From the NCBI GenBank assembly GCA_000388065.2, contig KB932202.1: 46,661 nucleotides of DNA; one strand, 5' to 3'. Shown piece after piece: positions 24,304-35,588 of this stretch. Position 1 is the first letter of the stretch. Every line of letters begins with the position of its first letter. A model generated the notes under the pieces. It was not told where the DNA came from. It saw nothing but the letters and a program-made list of their open reading frames with translations, and searched no databases. The DNA comes from Fonticula alba ATCC 38817 (lineage: Eukaryota > Protista > Nucleariida). The position numbers and the translations under genes were made by a program.

Positions 24304-26800
24304 CGAGAGAGAGCGAAAGAAAGCGAGAGAGCGCGAGAGAGCGAAAGAAAGCGAGAGAGCGCGAGAGAGAGAGAGAGAGAGAGCGAAAGAAAGAGAGAAA
24401 GAACGAGAGAAAGAGGCAGGGAGGCGACATACGTGAGGGGCATTGGTGGCCGAGGGGACATCGGGATCGGCGGCCACCGAGGGCGGCGAGCAATCGCACG
24501 TGCAGTCGCAGCGCTCGCCATCGAGGCAATCACCGCATGTGAAACCGCAGTCACAGGCGGCGGGCGGCGGGTTGGCGGTGGCCGAAGAAGTGGAGGTCCG
24601 GGCCCCGGGCCCGGCGCTGCCGGTGGACGAGGTGGACCCCCGGCCCAGGAGGTCGCCGCTGGCGCTGGGGCTCAGCAGCACGGCCGGGGTGTTGGTGTTG
24701 CTGTAGCACACGCAGCTGGCGTGCACGGCCGACGACAGGACCCGGATGCACTGGCACCCGCAGCCGCAGTGGTCCTGGCAGCGCTGGCAGAAGCCGCACC
24801 CGACGGCATTCTCGATGTCCGACTCGTCCTCATCCGACACATAGACATCCACCAGGTGGCCGGCCCCCGGCCGCAGCGAGGCCCTCGACGAGGAGAGCGA
24901 GCTCCCGGCATCCGGGGACCCGAGACCGCCACGCATGCCCGGGAAGCCGCCCGTCCCCAGGCGCGTCCCCCCGCCGAAGGAGGTGGAGAAGGAGGAGGAC
25001 AACGAGGAGGAGGAGGTCGACTCGCCGGAGGAAAAGCGCAAGGGGTTGGCGGTGTTGCTCCGCCGGCGCCCATGGTGGTGGCCCAGCAGGGACCCGGTGC
25101 TGCCACTGTAGGAGAGGGGCTCTTCGTAGGTGCCGACCGGGGGGCCTGGGGCCGGCGGCTGGTGTGCATGCTGCCCGGGGCCGGGGGGGCGGATGTGCAC
25201 CGGGGTGGCCAGCCCCACCGACGTGCCGTTGAAGGACCCCTTGCGCGCGAAGGAGCCCGAAGGCCCGGCCAGGGCCGAGGGCGAGCTGCAGGAGGACACC
25301 GGCGCCGAGGCGTGGTAAGAGGGCGCGCCGCGGGCGCTGCCGCCATTCAGATCCGGCGATGGCGGGTCCGAAGGGATGGCCCCGGTGGGCGGTGGAGCGC
25401 CGGCGCCGGCGCCGGCGCCGGCGCCGGCGCCGGTGCCGGACTGACTGGAGCCAATCGACCGGAAGAGGAAGGACAGGGCGCTGTTGAGGCTGGCACCCGA
25501 GGGGGAGGAGGGGGCCGTGGTGCCGGGCGTGGCGCTGGCCGAGGAGGGGCCCCCGGGCCCGGTGTGCCCCAGCTCCGGCACCTCGTCGGTGATGAATTCG
25601 TAGTCCCCCGGGTCGCCGGCCTCGCCGGTGCTGCTCCCAGCCGACAGGTCCGGCAGGCAGACAAAGCTGCCGGTGCTGCTGGCCGAGCCCCGGGCCGGGG
25701 GGCCGCCACCGCCGGGGCCCAGATCGGGCAGCCCCTCGCCGGGGCCGGCGGCAGCGGCATGTGCCGGCGGCAGCGGCGGCGGCCCGGTTGGCAGGTGGTC
25801 GACGACCACCAGCGACGACGAGAGCGCCGGCTGGGGGGGGGCCGCTTTGGCCGAGAGAATCGGGCTGCCGGGGGTCGAGCCGGCCGGGGCATTGCCCGCA
25901 GCCGGCGACGATGAGCCCGAGGAGAAGGAAAAGAGCGCCGACAGCCGGCGCATGGTGGAGGCCGGAGCCGGCACGGGGACCGGGGCCGGGCTGGGGACCG
26001 GCACGGGGACCGGCGACACCATGACCAGGTCCGACGTGTCGCCGGCCCCCCCGCCGGACATGCTGACATCCGAGAAGGAGGCCGAGGCCGACTGGCTGGA
26101 GGGGCTGAAAGCCGACTGGGCCGGGCGCGCGGCCAGGGCCACCGGCGTCAGGGAGGGAGGCCGGGCGCGCGGGGCGGCGCTCGCGGTGCCCGGGTCGGCC
26201 GGGACCTCCGAGGCCCCGGCCTCCGAGGCGGCTGGCGCACTGGGCCCCGACAGGGACGACAGCACCGACAACGAGCGCTTGGTGAAGCTGGTGAAGGAGT
26301 GCCGCCGGGAGCGCGTCCCCGGGGGCGAGGGGTTTGCAGGGCTGGCACCGCCGGCACCGCCGACCCCGGCGATGGCGGCCACGGCCGGGGGCAGCGATTC
26401 GAGCAGCTCATCTCGCGAGGGGGCCCGGGCCCGCTGGTGGAGGCTGCCAGGAAGAAAAAGGGCAAACGAGGTGGGGATGCCAGGGAGGAGGTCAGCGCGG
26501 GAGGGCGAGCATGGGGGGGGGGAGGGGGGGGGGAGCGGAAGGAGAGACGGAGGAAGCGCAGTGAGACACCGGGGGGAGGAGAGGGGCGGGGACGGGGGCG
26601 GGGCATAGTTACGTGGTAGGATCGCCGGCGGGAGGGGCTCCGCCGCCGGAGGCATCCGGCCCCGGCATGACCAGCGAGAGCGACGACTCCGAAGGGCCGG
26701 CGAGGTGGTGCTCATCGGAGCTGCTGTCGTCGCGGTCGGCGCCGGCGGGTCGGAGCTCCGGCGGGCTGTCGCCGGGCGCCTGGGCAGCTGGTGCGGTCAT
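18175..26800 (-). CDS. Giant (~2518 aa) Ser/Thr kinase of the CaMKK/Sak1/Ssp1 (Snf1/AMPK-activating kinase) family
   Basis: Model complement(join(18175..19237,19342..19471,19653..21647,21784..21903,22063..24112,24433..26443,26613..26800)); phases are consistent. All subdomains are present: GVGAHGKV, YAMKIV, REIAILRKVNHPHVVRLIEVIDDP, VLEYMEGG, HRDIKPANLL, DFG, TAGTPAFFAPEL, AIDIWALGVTLY, LLQGMLTKNPLQRLTIAQIKQHRW. RETR...GRRMINGY and the IDDP motif are CaMKK-like. Further 5' exons could hide in the gap at 26836-27091. Confidence 0.88.
24251..24415 (+). repeat. GA-rich compound microsatellite (GAGAGC/GA), intronic in the kinase gene
   Basis: Read directly; lies inside minus-strand intron 24113-24432. 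Confidence 0.85.
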
Positions 26801-29800
26801 GGCGGGTGGGTGTGGGTGTCTCGGCCCCCGGGGGGNNNNNNNNNNNNNNNNNNNNNNNNNNNNNNNNNNNNNNNNNNNNNNNNNNNNNNNNNNNNNNNNN
26901 NNNNNNNNNNNNNNNNNNNNNNNNNNNNNNNNNNNNNNNNNNNNNNNNNNNNNNNNNNNNNNNNNNNNNNNNNNNNNNNNNNNNNNNNNNNNNNNNNNNN
27001 NNNNNNNNNNNNNNNNNNNNNNNNNNNNNNNNNNNNNNNNNNNNNNNNNNNNNNNNNNNNNNNNNNNNNNNNNNNNNNNNNNNNNNNNNNNCGGGGTCAC
27101 CGGGGGGGCGGCCGGGCCGGGGGCCTGTGCGGGCCCCCGACACACCCATGCGTGCGTGAGATTGGCCCTCACCACCCCCTCCCCCCGGGGTACGAGGGGA
27201 GGGGGTGGGGGGAGGCGCCGGTGGGTGTGCCCCCCTCCCCCGCCGCGCCCGCCACTCGAGGTGGTTCGCGAGAGGAGGCACACGCGCACACATATGCATG
27301 CACACATCGACGCGTGTACACCCGACCACCGCGGACGCCCGGGGCTCGGGCTCTGGGTCTTTCTGGCTCTCTCCCGCGTCTCCCCCCCGCTGCCCCCCCC
27401 CTGTGTCGCTTTTGCGCCCGGTGCGGCCCTGGCCGCTGCCTGAGAATAGTGCGCGCCGCCGCGCAGGGCCCGGCCCAAACGCACCCTGATGGGTTTTTGG
27501 ATGGCGGGAGAGAGGTCTCGCGGGCCGGGTAAACACCCCGCGGGCATGCGGCCAGGGGGGGGGGGGGGGCGGGGGACCGGGCCGGGCCGGGCCGGGCCGG
27601 GCGGCAGCGGGCCTCTCCTGCCATGGACGCGCGCCGCCACTGCCTGGCAGCGCCAACCGGGGCCCCGCCCCAGGCCGCCGGGCTGCATGCGAGTGGCCAT
27701 CATGCGTGGCGTTCGCGCGCGCGCGCGCGCGCCCGCACCCACACACACACACACACACACACGTACTCGGAGCAGAGAGGCGCCTCGTAGTCAGTCGGCC
27801 CCTCCACGGAGAAGGGGCTGCGGCTTCGGGTAGTCGGTTACGTGCCACCGTACGGCCCGCCCCCCATTTGGACACTGGATGGCCGGCCTGGCGCGCGACG
27901 CCGGTGGCCGCGGTGGCGGCAGCCGCAACAGAGCGAGGAAGTGTTAATCTCGCCGCGGCCGCCGCCGGTCGGCCGGGGGGGGGGGCTGGTGGGATTGGCC
28001 CCGCGGCGGTCCTCCCCCGTCCCCGCCCGGCTGGTCTGGGGGCCGCCCGCAGGAGCCTTTCATGGAAAGTGACGCTCAGTCGTGCTGGCCCGGCCCGGCG
28101 CCTCCTCCGTCCCCATGGCGAGCGAGAGAGAGCGTGAGGGCCTGCGGCGCGGGGGAGCGCAGCGACAACAGCGGGAAGGGCGAAGAGGGCACCCCGGCGA
28201 CGCGGCCTGGGCGCCGCCGTCGCCGCCGCCGCGCTCGTCCCCCGGAGCGCGGCCGAGTGGCCAAATTAATAGGCCAGGACGCGGGGCGCGCTTGCACAGA
28301 CGATCGGTCCTCCGCTCGGGACGGTGCGTCCCTCCCCCCCCGCAACAGCGCCCCAACAATGCCCGGGCTCGCCCGGACGCGCCGCGGCCGGCCCGATCGA
28401 CAAGGCGGACACAGCCCTCTCGCCCGGCCCCCCGCCCTCCGCGCCCGGCCAACCGGCGCGTTCGATCTCCGCTCCCCAACCGCGATGTGCCCGGTGGTGT
28501 GGCCGGTCGCCCGGGCCGACGCGCCTGTCCTCGGGCCCGGCGGCGCCCGGCCGGGACGAACGGTCGGCCCGGGTGACACCGACCACCGCATTGCACATCC
28601 CCCGCTCTCCCCTGTCTGCGCCCCCGCTGGTTGGAGGCGGCCTCCGCGGATCGTCCCCCCCCCCCCCCCCNNNNNNNNNNNNNNNNNNNNNNNNNNNNNN
28701 NNNNNNNNNNNNNNNNNNNNNNNNNNNNNNNNNNNNNNNNNNNNNNNNNNNNNNNNNNNNNNNNNNNNNNNNNNNNNNNNNNNNNNNNNNNNNNNNNNNN
28801 NNNNNNNNNNNNNNNNNNNNNNNNNNNNNNNNNNNNNNNNNNNNNNNNNNNNNNNNNNNNNNNNNNNNNNNNNNNNNNNNNNNNNNNNNNNNNNNNNNNN
28901 CAGGCGGAGAGGGGCGCTGCCCCGGCGCCGGCGGCGTGCGTGCGTTCTCCCGAACGCGGCGGCGCCGGCGCGTAAAACGCACGCACGTCCCCGCCCCCCC
29001 CCCCCCCCCCCCCTGCGTAAATGGGCCGGGGGGAATGGCAGCACAGCGAGGACGCGCTGGCGCCCCGATCACCCGGGGCACCTGGCGAACCGCCCACGGA
29101 CAGCGGCGCCGCTGGCAACGAGCCCGGGCCCCGGGCCAGGCCGCAAGCGAGGGGGAACACCGGGCGCGGCCCCGGCAGAACGGCCTCGTCCCGCAACACC
29201 ATCACCACCCGCGCCACGCCCAGTGCCATGCACTCTCTGCCCACGGCAACAACAACAACAACAACAACAACAACAAAAACAAAAGACCGCGGCGCGCGCG
29301 GACCGGCCTCGGGGAGCACGCCCCCCGCCACCATATCCCCTTGAGCGAACCGAAAACAATGGGCCCAAAAGGGGATCGTCATGCCCGCACGCCGACACCG
29401 CATCCGGCGCGGGGGCACACACACACACACGCCCCGGCCCCCTTCGCTCAGGGCAGCCAGCCCTCCGCCCGATGAACAGGGAGAGAGGCACGGGGGCGGG
29501 GGACCGGGAGGGGGGGACAGCACGGCGGCGGCCGCCGCAGCCGCCACAACGAGGCCTCCGCACACCCAGCCACCAGGGCGGCGGTACGCCCCCGTCCGCG
29601 CGCGCGCGCGCGCACGCGCCGCGCCCCCCTCCCAGGCCCGCGGGGACGCTGGCAGCAATCCGACCACACGCAGGCCGGGACGGAGCCTGCGGGGGTTGTG
29701 CCGACATAACTCACCAGGAGCCCCCCGAAACTACGGGAAGAATGGTGTTCGGCGAGTCACGCGAACGCGTCATGGGATGGGTCGGATCGGGCTGCCGCAC

Positions 29801-30022
29801 CCCCGGCGGGCTTGAGGGGGGGGGGGGCGGACTGGCAAGGGGGAGGCATTCGGCGCCCGAAGAGCACCACCCAGTGCGCCTCATAGCCCTTCCCTCGCCG
29901 GGGCAGGCTCGCCCGTGCCCTGCGCCCCTCCCCTGTGTCCTTGACAGTGTGCGGCGATGGCAGGCCATGACACCCCTCCGCCGTGTCCGGCACACGGGAA
30001 ACGGGGCACGCACGGGCACGCG

Positions 30023-30068
<46 letters not shown>

Positions 30069-30620
30069 CACAAGGGAAAGGCGAGGACTTTGTGCTGTAT
30101 TTTTGGGGGGGGGGATTCACATGAGGGAAGGAAGAGGAGGGGGGGGCGTCTGTGCCCTGTTGTTGTTGCTTTTTTTTTTGTTTTTTTTTTTGTTTTTCGG
30201 AGCGTCGGATGCATCGCGATCCGGGGGGAACTTTCGGAAGCGCGCGGGGGGCCGGCCGCCCCGCTTTTGCTTGCTTCTCGCCGCGCTGCGCCCCTGACTG
30301 CTCCCCTGCCCCGGCCGCACTACACACGAGGACAGCCTCGTACGCAGGAGGGGGGCGGGAGAGGGGGGGATGAGTGACGGTGGGGCAGGGACACGCGCAC
30401 ACGAAGAAGAGGAGGCTGAAGGTGGGTGCCACACACACGGGGAGCACCCTCTCCCCGGGGGGGCGGGGGGGGGGGAACGCCGGGAGAGATGGGCAGTGTG
30501 GGGCGAGGGGGGAGGAGAGAGAAAAGGGGCAAGGGCCGGGCGCCTCCCGGCAGGTGGTGGAGGAGAGGAGCGGGGGAGGGAGGCGCGCGGCCCTTTTGAT
30601 GCGGGCATCGGCGGCCGCCC

Positions 30621-32728
30621 TCAGCGGCGCAGCAGACGGTTGCGGCCGCTCTGCTTGTCGGACTCGCGCTCGCTGATCTGGTTGTGAGTCTGGGCAATGC
30701 TGGCCTTGAGGGACTCGATCTTGCGGTTGTTCTCCTCGACCACCTCGGTCAGCTCCTTGAGGCGCTGTGTGTATGTGTGTGTATACACGGGGGGGGGGGG
30801 GGGGGCCATGGGTCAGGGGAAGGGGCGGCGCCAGGAAGCACATCCGGGAGGAGAGAGAGGCAGAGAGAGAGGCATAGGCATGGCGAGCGGAGGGGCAAGG
30901 AAGGGATCCCCCACGGAGAGGGGAAGCCCCGGGTGGGCGTGCCACGCACGTTGGTCAGGATGACGATCTCCGAATGCTGAGACGAGACCTCCTCCTGGAG
31001 GCGGGCGTTCAGGGACTCCTTGAGCTTGATGATGGGATCCGAGGTGGAGCCCATCAGGTCGCGAAGGTTGTCGCTAAAGGAGGCGGAAAAGGGAGCCAGG
31101 GCAGGGGGAGCGAAGAGGGGATCAGGGTGGGCGTAAGTCATCTGATAAGGGTGCGGTGGCAAAGCAGCCGACAGGCAGGGGGCGAGAGGGCAAGAGAGCA
31201 CTCTCAGGGATGCACGCACATGGCATTGCGACCGCGGTTCACCGTGTTGAGGAACCCGGTGCGGTAGCGCTCATACAGGACGTCGACCGTGTGCGAGCGG
31301 ATGTCCTCCAGGTTGAAGCGAATCAGCATGTGACGGAGCTTGGCGTAGTCCGAGTGCGACTCGTCCTCGATCGAGGCCTGGCCCCAGGGGAAGGTGCGGC
31401 CCTGGAAGGACGAATCACCGGAAGCCGCATCGTCGCACAGAACGCTGAAGGGCATGGCCCCGTTGAGGGTCTCCACCGAGGAGACAAAGTCCGGATCGTC
31501 AGCCGGCGAGACCGGGATCTCAAAGGTGGAGATGCCATTGGCGATGAGGTCGTCGCGGATCTGCACGGCGTCGGGCGGAGGACCAGGAAGGGAGGGCGAG
31601 GGGGGGGGGAGGGAGGGGAGATCAGTTTCGAGCCGGCCGTACGACAGATCCAGGCTGCAAAAGAGGCGGGGGAGGGGAGGAAGGGGGAAGAGAGAGAGAG
31701 GGGGGGGGATCGAGCAGAAAGAGCGAGATGGCGCGCACCCGGCGCTTGAGGACGCCCAGCTCCTTGGCGGTCAGAGTGTCGGCCTTGGAGATGATCGGGA
31801 TGACGGACACCAGGTTGTGCACCCCCTGCAGGAAGTAGATGTCCAGGGGGCTCAGACTGGGGCCCAGGGAGGAGGGGGGGGGGCGAGAGAGAGATCAGAC
31901 ACAGGTACATGCACGGACAGATGTTAGAAACGAGCATCAGTCGGAGCACCGAAGGCCGAGGAAAGGCGGCCAGGCGTGACAAGGCAACAGGGAAACACCA
32001 CCGGCGAAACAGAGGGCGAGACAGAGGGCGAGACAACAGAGGGAGAAGAAGGGCGAGAAGGCGCAAAGGGGAAGTGCCGGATGGCATGCGCACCCGCGGC
32101 TGCTGGGGTTGATGAAGTACAGGCAGGCATGGACCCGCAGGTCGGCCAGGTGCGCCGGGTGCGGCTGGCTGGTGAAGCACTCATGCTCCGACTCGAAGAG
32201 GACCGCCGGCTCCTGGACGAAGGGCGGGTTGTCGCCGAGGACCAGGGTGCGGGTCTGGCAGCGCTCATTGCTGAGCACCGTGTCCAGGCGGCTCTTGATG
32301 CAGCGGACCGCCCCATCCCACCCGTGGACATTGTTCACGCCGATGCCGAAGCCCGAGGTCTCCAGCACGGTCAGGCGCAGGCGGGTGCCGTTCTCCTCGA
32401 GGGTGGTCGAGTGCGTCAGGATCGGGAGGTTGCCCTCGGCGGCGGCGGCGGCCGCGGCCGCGGCCCGGCTGCCGGATGCCGAGGACTTGGACGAGCGGAT
32501 GGACCCGCGCGGGGAGAGCAGCGCCCCGGGGCGGCTGATCAGAGCAGCCTCCAGCTCGGCGGCCGAGGGGATGGCCGTCGGGCCGAACATCGTCCGGATG
32601 AAGGAGGTCTTGCCGAGCCCGGCCGCACCGGCCACCATGATGGTGAAGTCGAAGCCGGTGGCCATCGAGTGGCTGTGTGCCTGGTTCGGGATGTTGGAGA
32701 ACCCGACAATCGAGTTGAGGGAGATCTT
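30621..32728 (-). CDS. Septin (P-loop GTPase with C-terminal coiled coil); N-terminal exon(s) unresolved
   Basis: Model complement(join(30621..30764,30950..31073,31220..31560,31739..31856,32094..32728)). Motifs: VGFSNIPNQ...GFDFTIMVAGAAGLGKTSFIRTMF (G1), RLTVLETSGFG (G3), DLRVHACLYFI, LSPLDI, VIPIISKAD (G4), GRTFPWG, HSDYAKLRHML (septin unique element), then a coiled coil. Confidence 0.92.
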
Positions 32729-32840
32729 CTGCGGNNNNNNNNNNTGGTTCGGGATGTTGGAGAACCCGACAATCGAGTTGAGGGAGATCTTCTGCGGATG
32801 TCGGTGGCGCGCGCGCGGGGGGGGGGGGGGGGGGGGGGGT

Positions 32841-32906
32841 GCAGGGGTCAGCAGGGATCAGCAGGGATCAGCAGGGATCAGCAGGGATCAGCAGGGATCA
32901 GCAGGG
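32841..32906 (+). repeat. 10-nt tandem repeat GCAGGGATCA (~6 copies) in a septin intron
   Basis: One GCAGGGGTCA followed by five exact GCAGGGATCA; reads (TGATCCCTGC)n on the transcribed minus strand. Confidence 0.92.
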
Positions 32907-34843
32907 CGAGCCGGCGTAGGGGAAGAGGGAAGAGGGAAGGGGGAGGGGGTCAGCTGGGCGAGCCGGCAGGAGGAGGGACGTACACCTGCGGCCGCTGGGG
33001 AGGAGGAAGAGGGAAGCAACCGATCCGAAGGACAAGGAGAGAGCGGGGGGAGAGGATGGAGCGCGGGCGCTCGGGTCAGTGGCGATGCGCGCTCGGGGGG
33101 CGACGTTGCGCGGCGAGAGGCGGCGGAAGACCAAGGCATACTCATTTCCAAAGAGGTGGGAGGCTGTTCGGGGCAAGAAACAGAGGGGGGGGGAGGGGGA
33201 GGAGGGGCAGGGGAGAAGAAGGTTGCCTTGCGGTCTCGGACACGGACACGCCCCGGGGGGCGGCAGTTTTTCAGTGAGCCAACGGGGGGGGGGGCCGGCG
33301 CACGCCGGTTGACGACCGCCAGCCAGCCCGGTCGCAGCTCCCGCATGCAATGCTGGCGCCTCTTCCTGCACATCATGCCACCCCCACCAACACGCTCGGC
33401 GCACCCCTCCACGGTCAAATGCACGTAGACACCCCCCGCACGGGCGCTGGTGGGGTTGCCTTCCTGCAATTGGGCGCGCCAGGAAGAAGGGTGCACACTC
33501 GCCGGGCCGGGTGTCAGCCCCGGGCCCGGCGCGCGCCCGGGGCAGGACCACACAAACGCGCGAGTGCGACCTCGACGGCGCCCGGGGCTCGTGAAGTCAA
33601 ATGGTCGCCGCCGCTGCCGCCGCCGCCGCCCCTGCGAGGCCGGGCTGGCAACATTGTCGCCATGGGGTCTCAAAAATAGGGGCTCGCCTCCTGGGGGCGG
33701 GGGCGCGGGGGCGCGGGGGCGCGGGGGGGCGCGGGGGGGCGCGAGCGCCAAGCACCGGCCCTCCTCGTGCGTCGGGTCCCCTGGTATGTGGCTCTCGGCC
33801 TCTCAGGGGCACTAAAAAAGCTCGGGCAGGCAAGTGTCTGTGTGTATGTGCGTGTCCGGACGGTCGAGCGGCCGTGGGTGTGTGTGATGTGCGCGGGCCG
33901 CCCGGATATCCCCGGCCCCTGGCTGCCGGAGGGGACGCGAGCGCCCCCCTCCCCCGGGAAAGAGCCGGCGCTGGAAGGGCCGAGGGAGCAACGGGGGGGG
34001 GGGGCGGGGCGAGCGCGCCAGAGCCCAGGAATGCGCCCCGGGGGCGGGGCGCATGCACCGAATGCCTCGCCCCCCCCCCCCCCACCCCCCACCCCGCAGC
34101 CCACACTACACCCCCCCCCCCCACACTCCGGTCGCCCGTGCCGGTCAAAGAGCTCTTTCAGCAGCAACGCCCACGCCCGCGGCGGCGGCCGGGGGAAGCG
34201 CCAAGGGGGGGCAGGGCCTCCGTGTCGCCGGGATCGCGGGACGGCGAGCCTTGACCTTCGGGGAGGCGTGTGCCCGACCGGGCGGGCGCCCCCGCCAGAG
34301 CAGGGGGGCCGGCATATGCTCTGTTTGCGNNNNNNNNNNAGGGGGGCCGGCATATGCTCTGTTTGCGGCTGGCACACAGGGCGGGGTGCGCGGTGAGTGG
34401 CTGCGGACGGGTCGGTGTGATCGCCGGCGCGCGGCCCCACCCCCCCCCCCCCCCCCCCCCCCCCCGGCCCCGCCGCTCCCGGAAGGGTCATCCTCCAATG
34501 GAATATACCCTTGGCCAGCCAGACCCATGGACCTAGGTTCCCCCGTCCCCAGCCCCTTGTTATGCTTGCCACCTGCGGCCGAGGTTGGTCTCACCGCGGT
34601 GGTGTGCGTGGGAAGATGTTCCCCTCTCATCGGCCTGCGCCCAGAGGGGCGGGGGGAGGGGAGGACCACCCCCCCCCCCCCCTTCCCGACGGGGGACCCT
34701 CCCCACGCGCCCGGCCAGAAACGCGGACCCTTTTTTGTCATGATATATGCTTTTTTTCCGGCCAATTTCCCCGGATTTTCACTCTGGCGCCCCGGGGGCT
34801 GGAACAACGGGCAGGGAAGGCAAAAATCCCAAGGTCCATTCCT

Positions 34844-35557
34844 TCACAGATCGGCCGCCCCCGCCGCCGGTGCGAAGAGCGACAAGCTGACCAGGCCATC
34901 CGGCCCGGACCGCCCCAGGCCGGCCGCCAGCGTCCCCTCCGTCCGGTCCAGGGCCGCCTCCACCTGTGCACAGAGATCCGCCGCGCGGGACAGCAGCTCA
35001 TCGCCCGCCAGCAGGTCCAGCAGGAGACCCTCCCCGGGGCGGTCGACCGTCGTGCCCCAGTGGCGCGCACGCCCCGGATCCCCGGCGGCCGTGATCTCCT
35101 CCACAAGTTGCTCCATGCCCGGATCCATGGTGTGGGCCACCAGGAAATCCACATCCGGGGCCAGACACCCCGGGTCCGGGTCTTCCTGCAGGAGGGGCGA
35201 CTGGGGCAGCGTCGTGCCCGGCCCACGCCCCGTTCACTGGGTTAGTCTTTTGGACGGAACCGAGGGCGCGTGCGCGCATGTGTGCGTGCGCGCGGGTGTG
35301 TGTGTGTGTGTGCGTGTGCAGGCAGGCACACATGCACACAGGCGGCAGGATGCATGGGAAAAAAAGCGACCGCAACATGGCCGACGCACAAGGGACATCT
35401 CCAATTGACGAACTGCCTCGGTCTCCTGGTGGATGACATGCTCCAGGGAATCGATGTGCGAATGGAGCAAGTCACATTCACTGCGACGGCAGAAGGAAGG
35501 TCAGAGGACGAGCCAAAGAGGAAGGGAAGAGCGAGAGCAGGGGACACATCCTTGGTG

Positions 35558-35588
<31 letters not shown>

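Noticed and set aside
31074-31242. Alternative septin splice (acceptor at 31141) that could give a truncated isoform without the coiled coil
   Set aside because: A better acceptor (branch-like CTGAT, pyrimidine tract, TAG before 31073) joins the consensus donor in frame, so no truncation needs to be invoked.
32682-32797. Exact 53-nt direct duplication of septin exon start flanking a 10-N gap
   Set aside because: Identical copies (32682-32734 and 32745-32797) on both sides of a placeholder gap indicate unmerged overlapping contig ends, not exon duplication.
34302-34367. 28-nt direct repeat around a 10-N gap, resembling a target-site duplication or CRISPR repeat
   Set aside because: Same contig-overlap artefact; there is no element or spacer between the copies.
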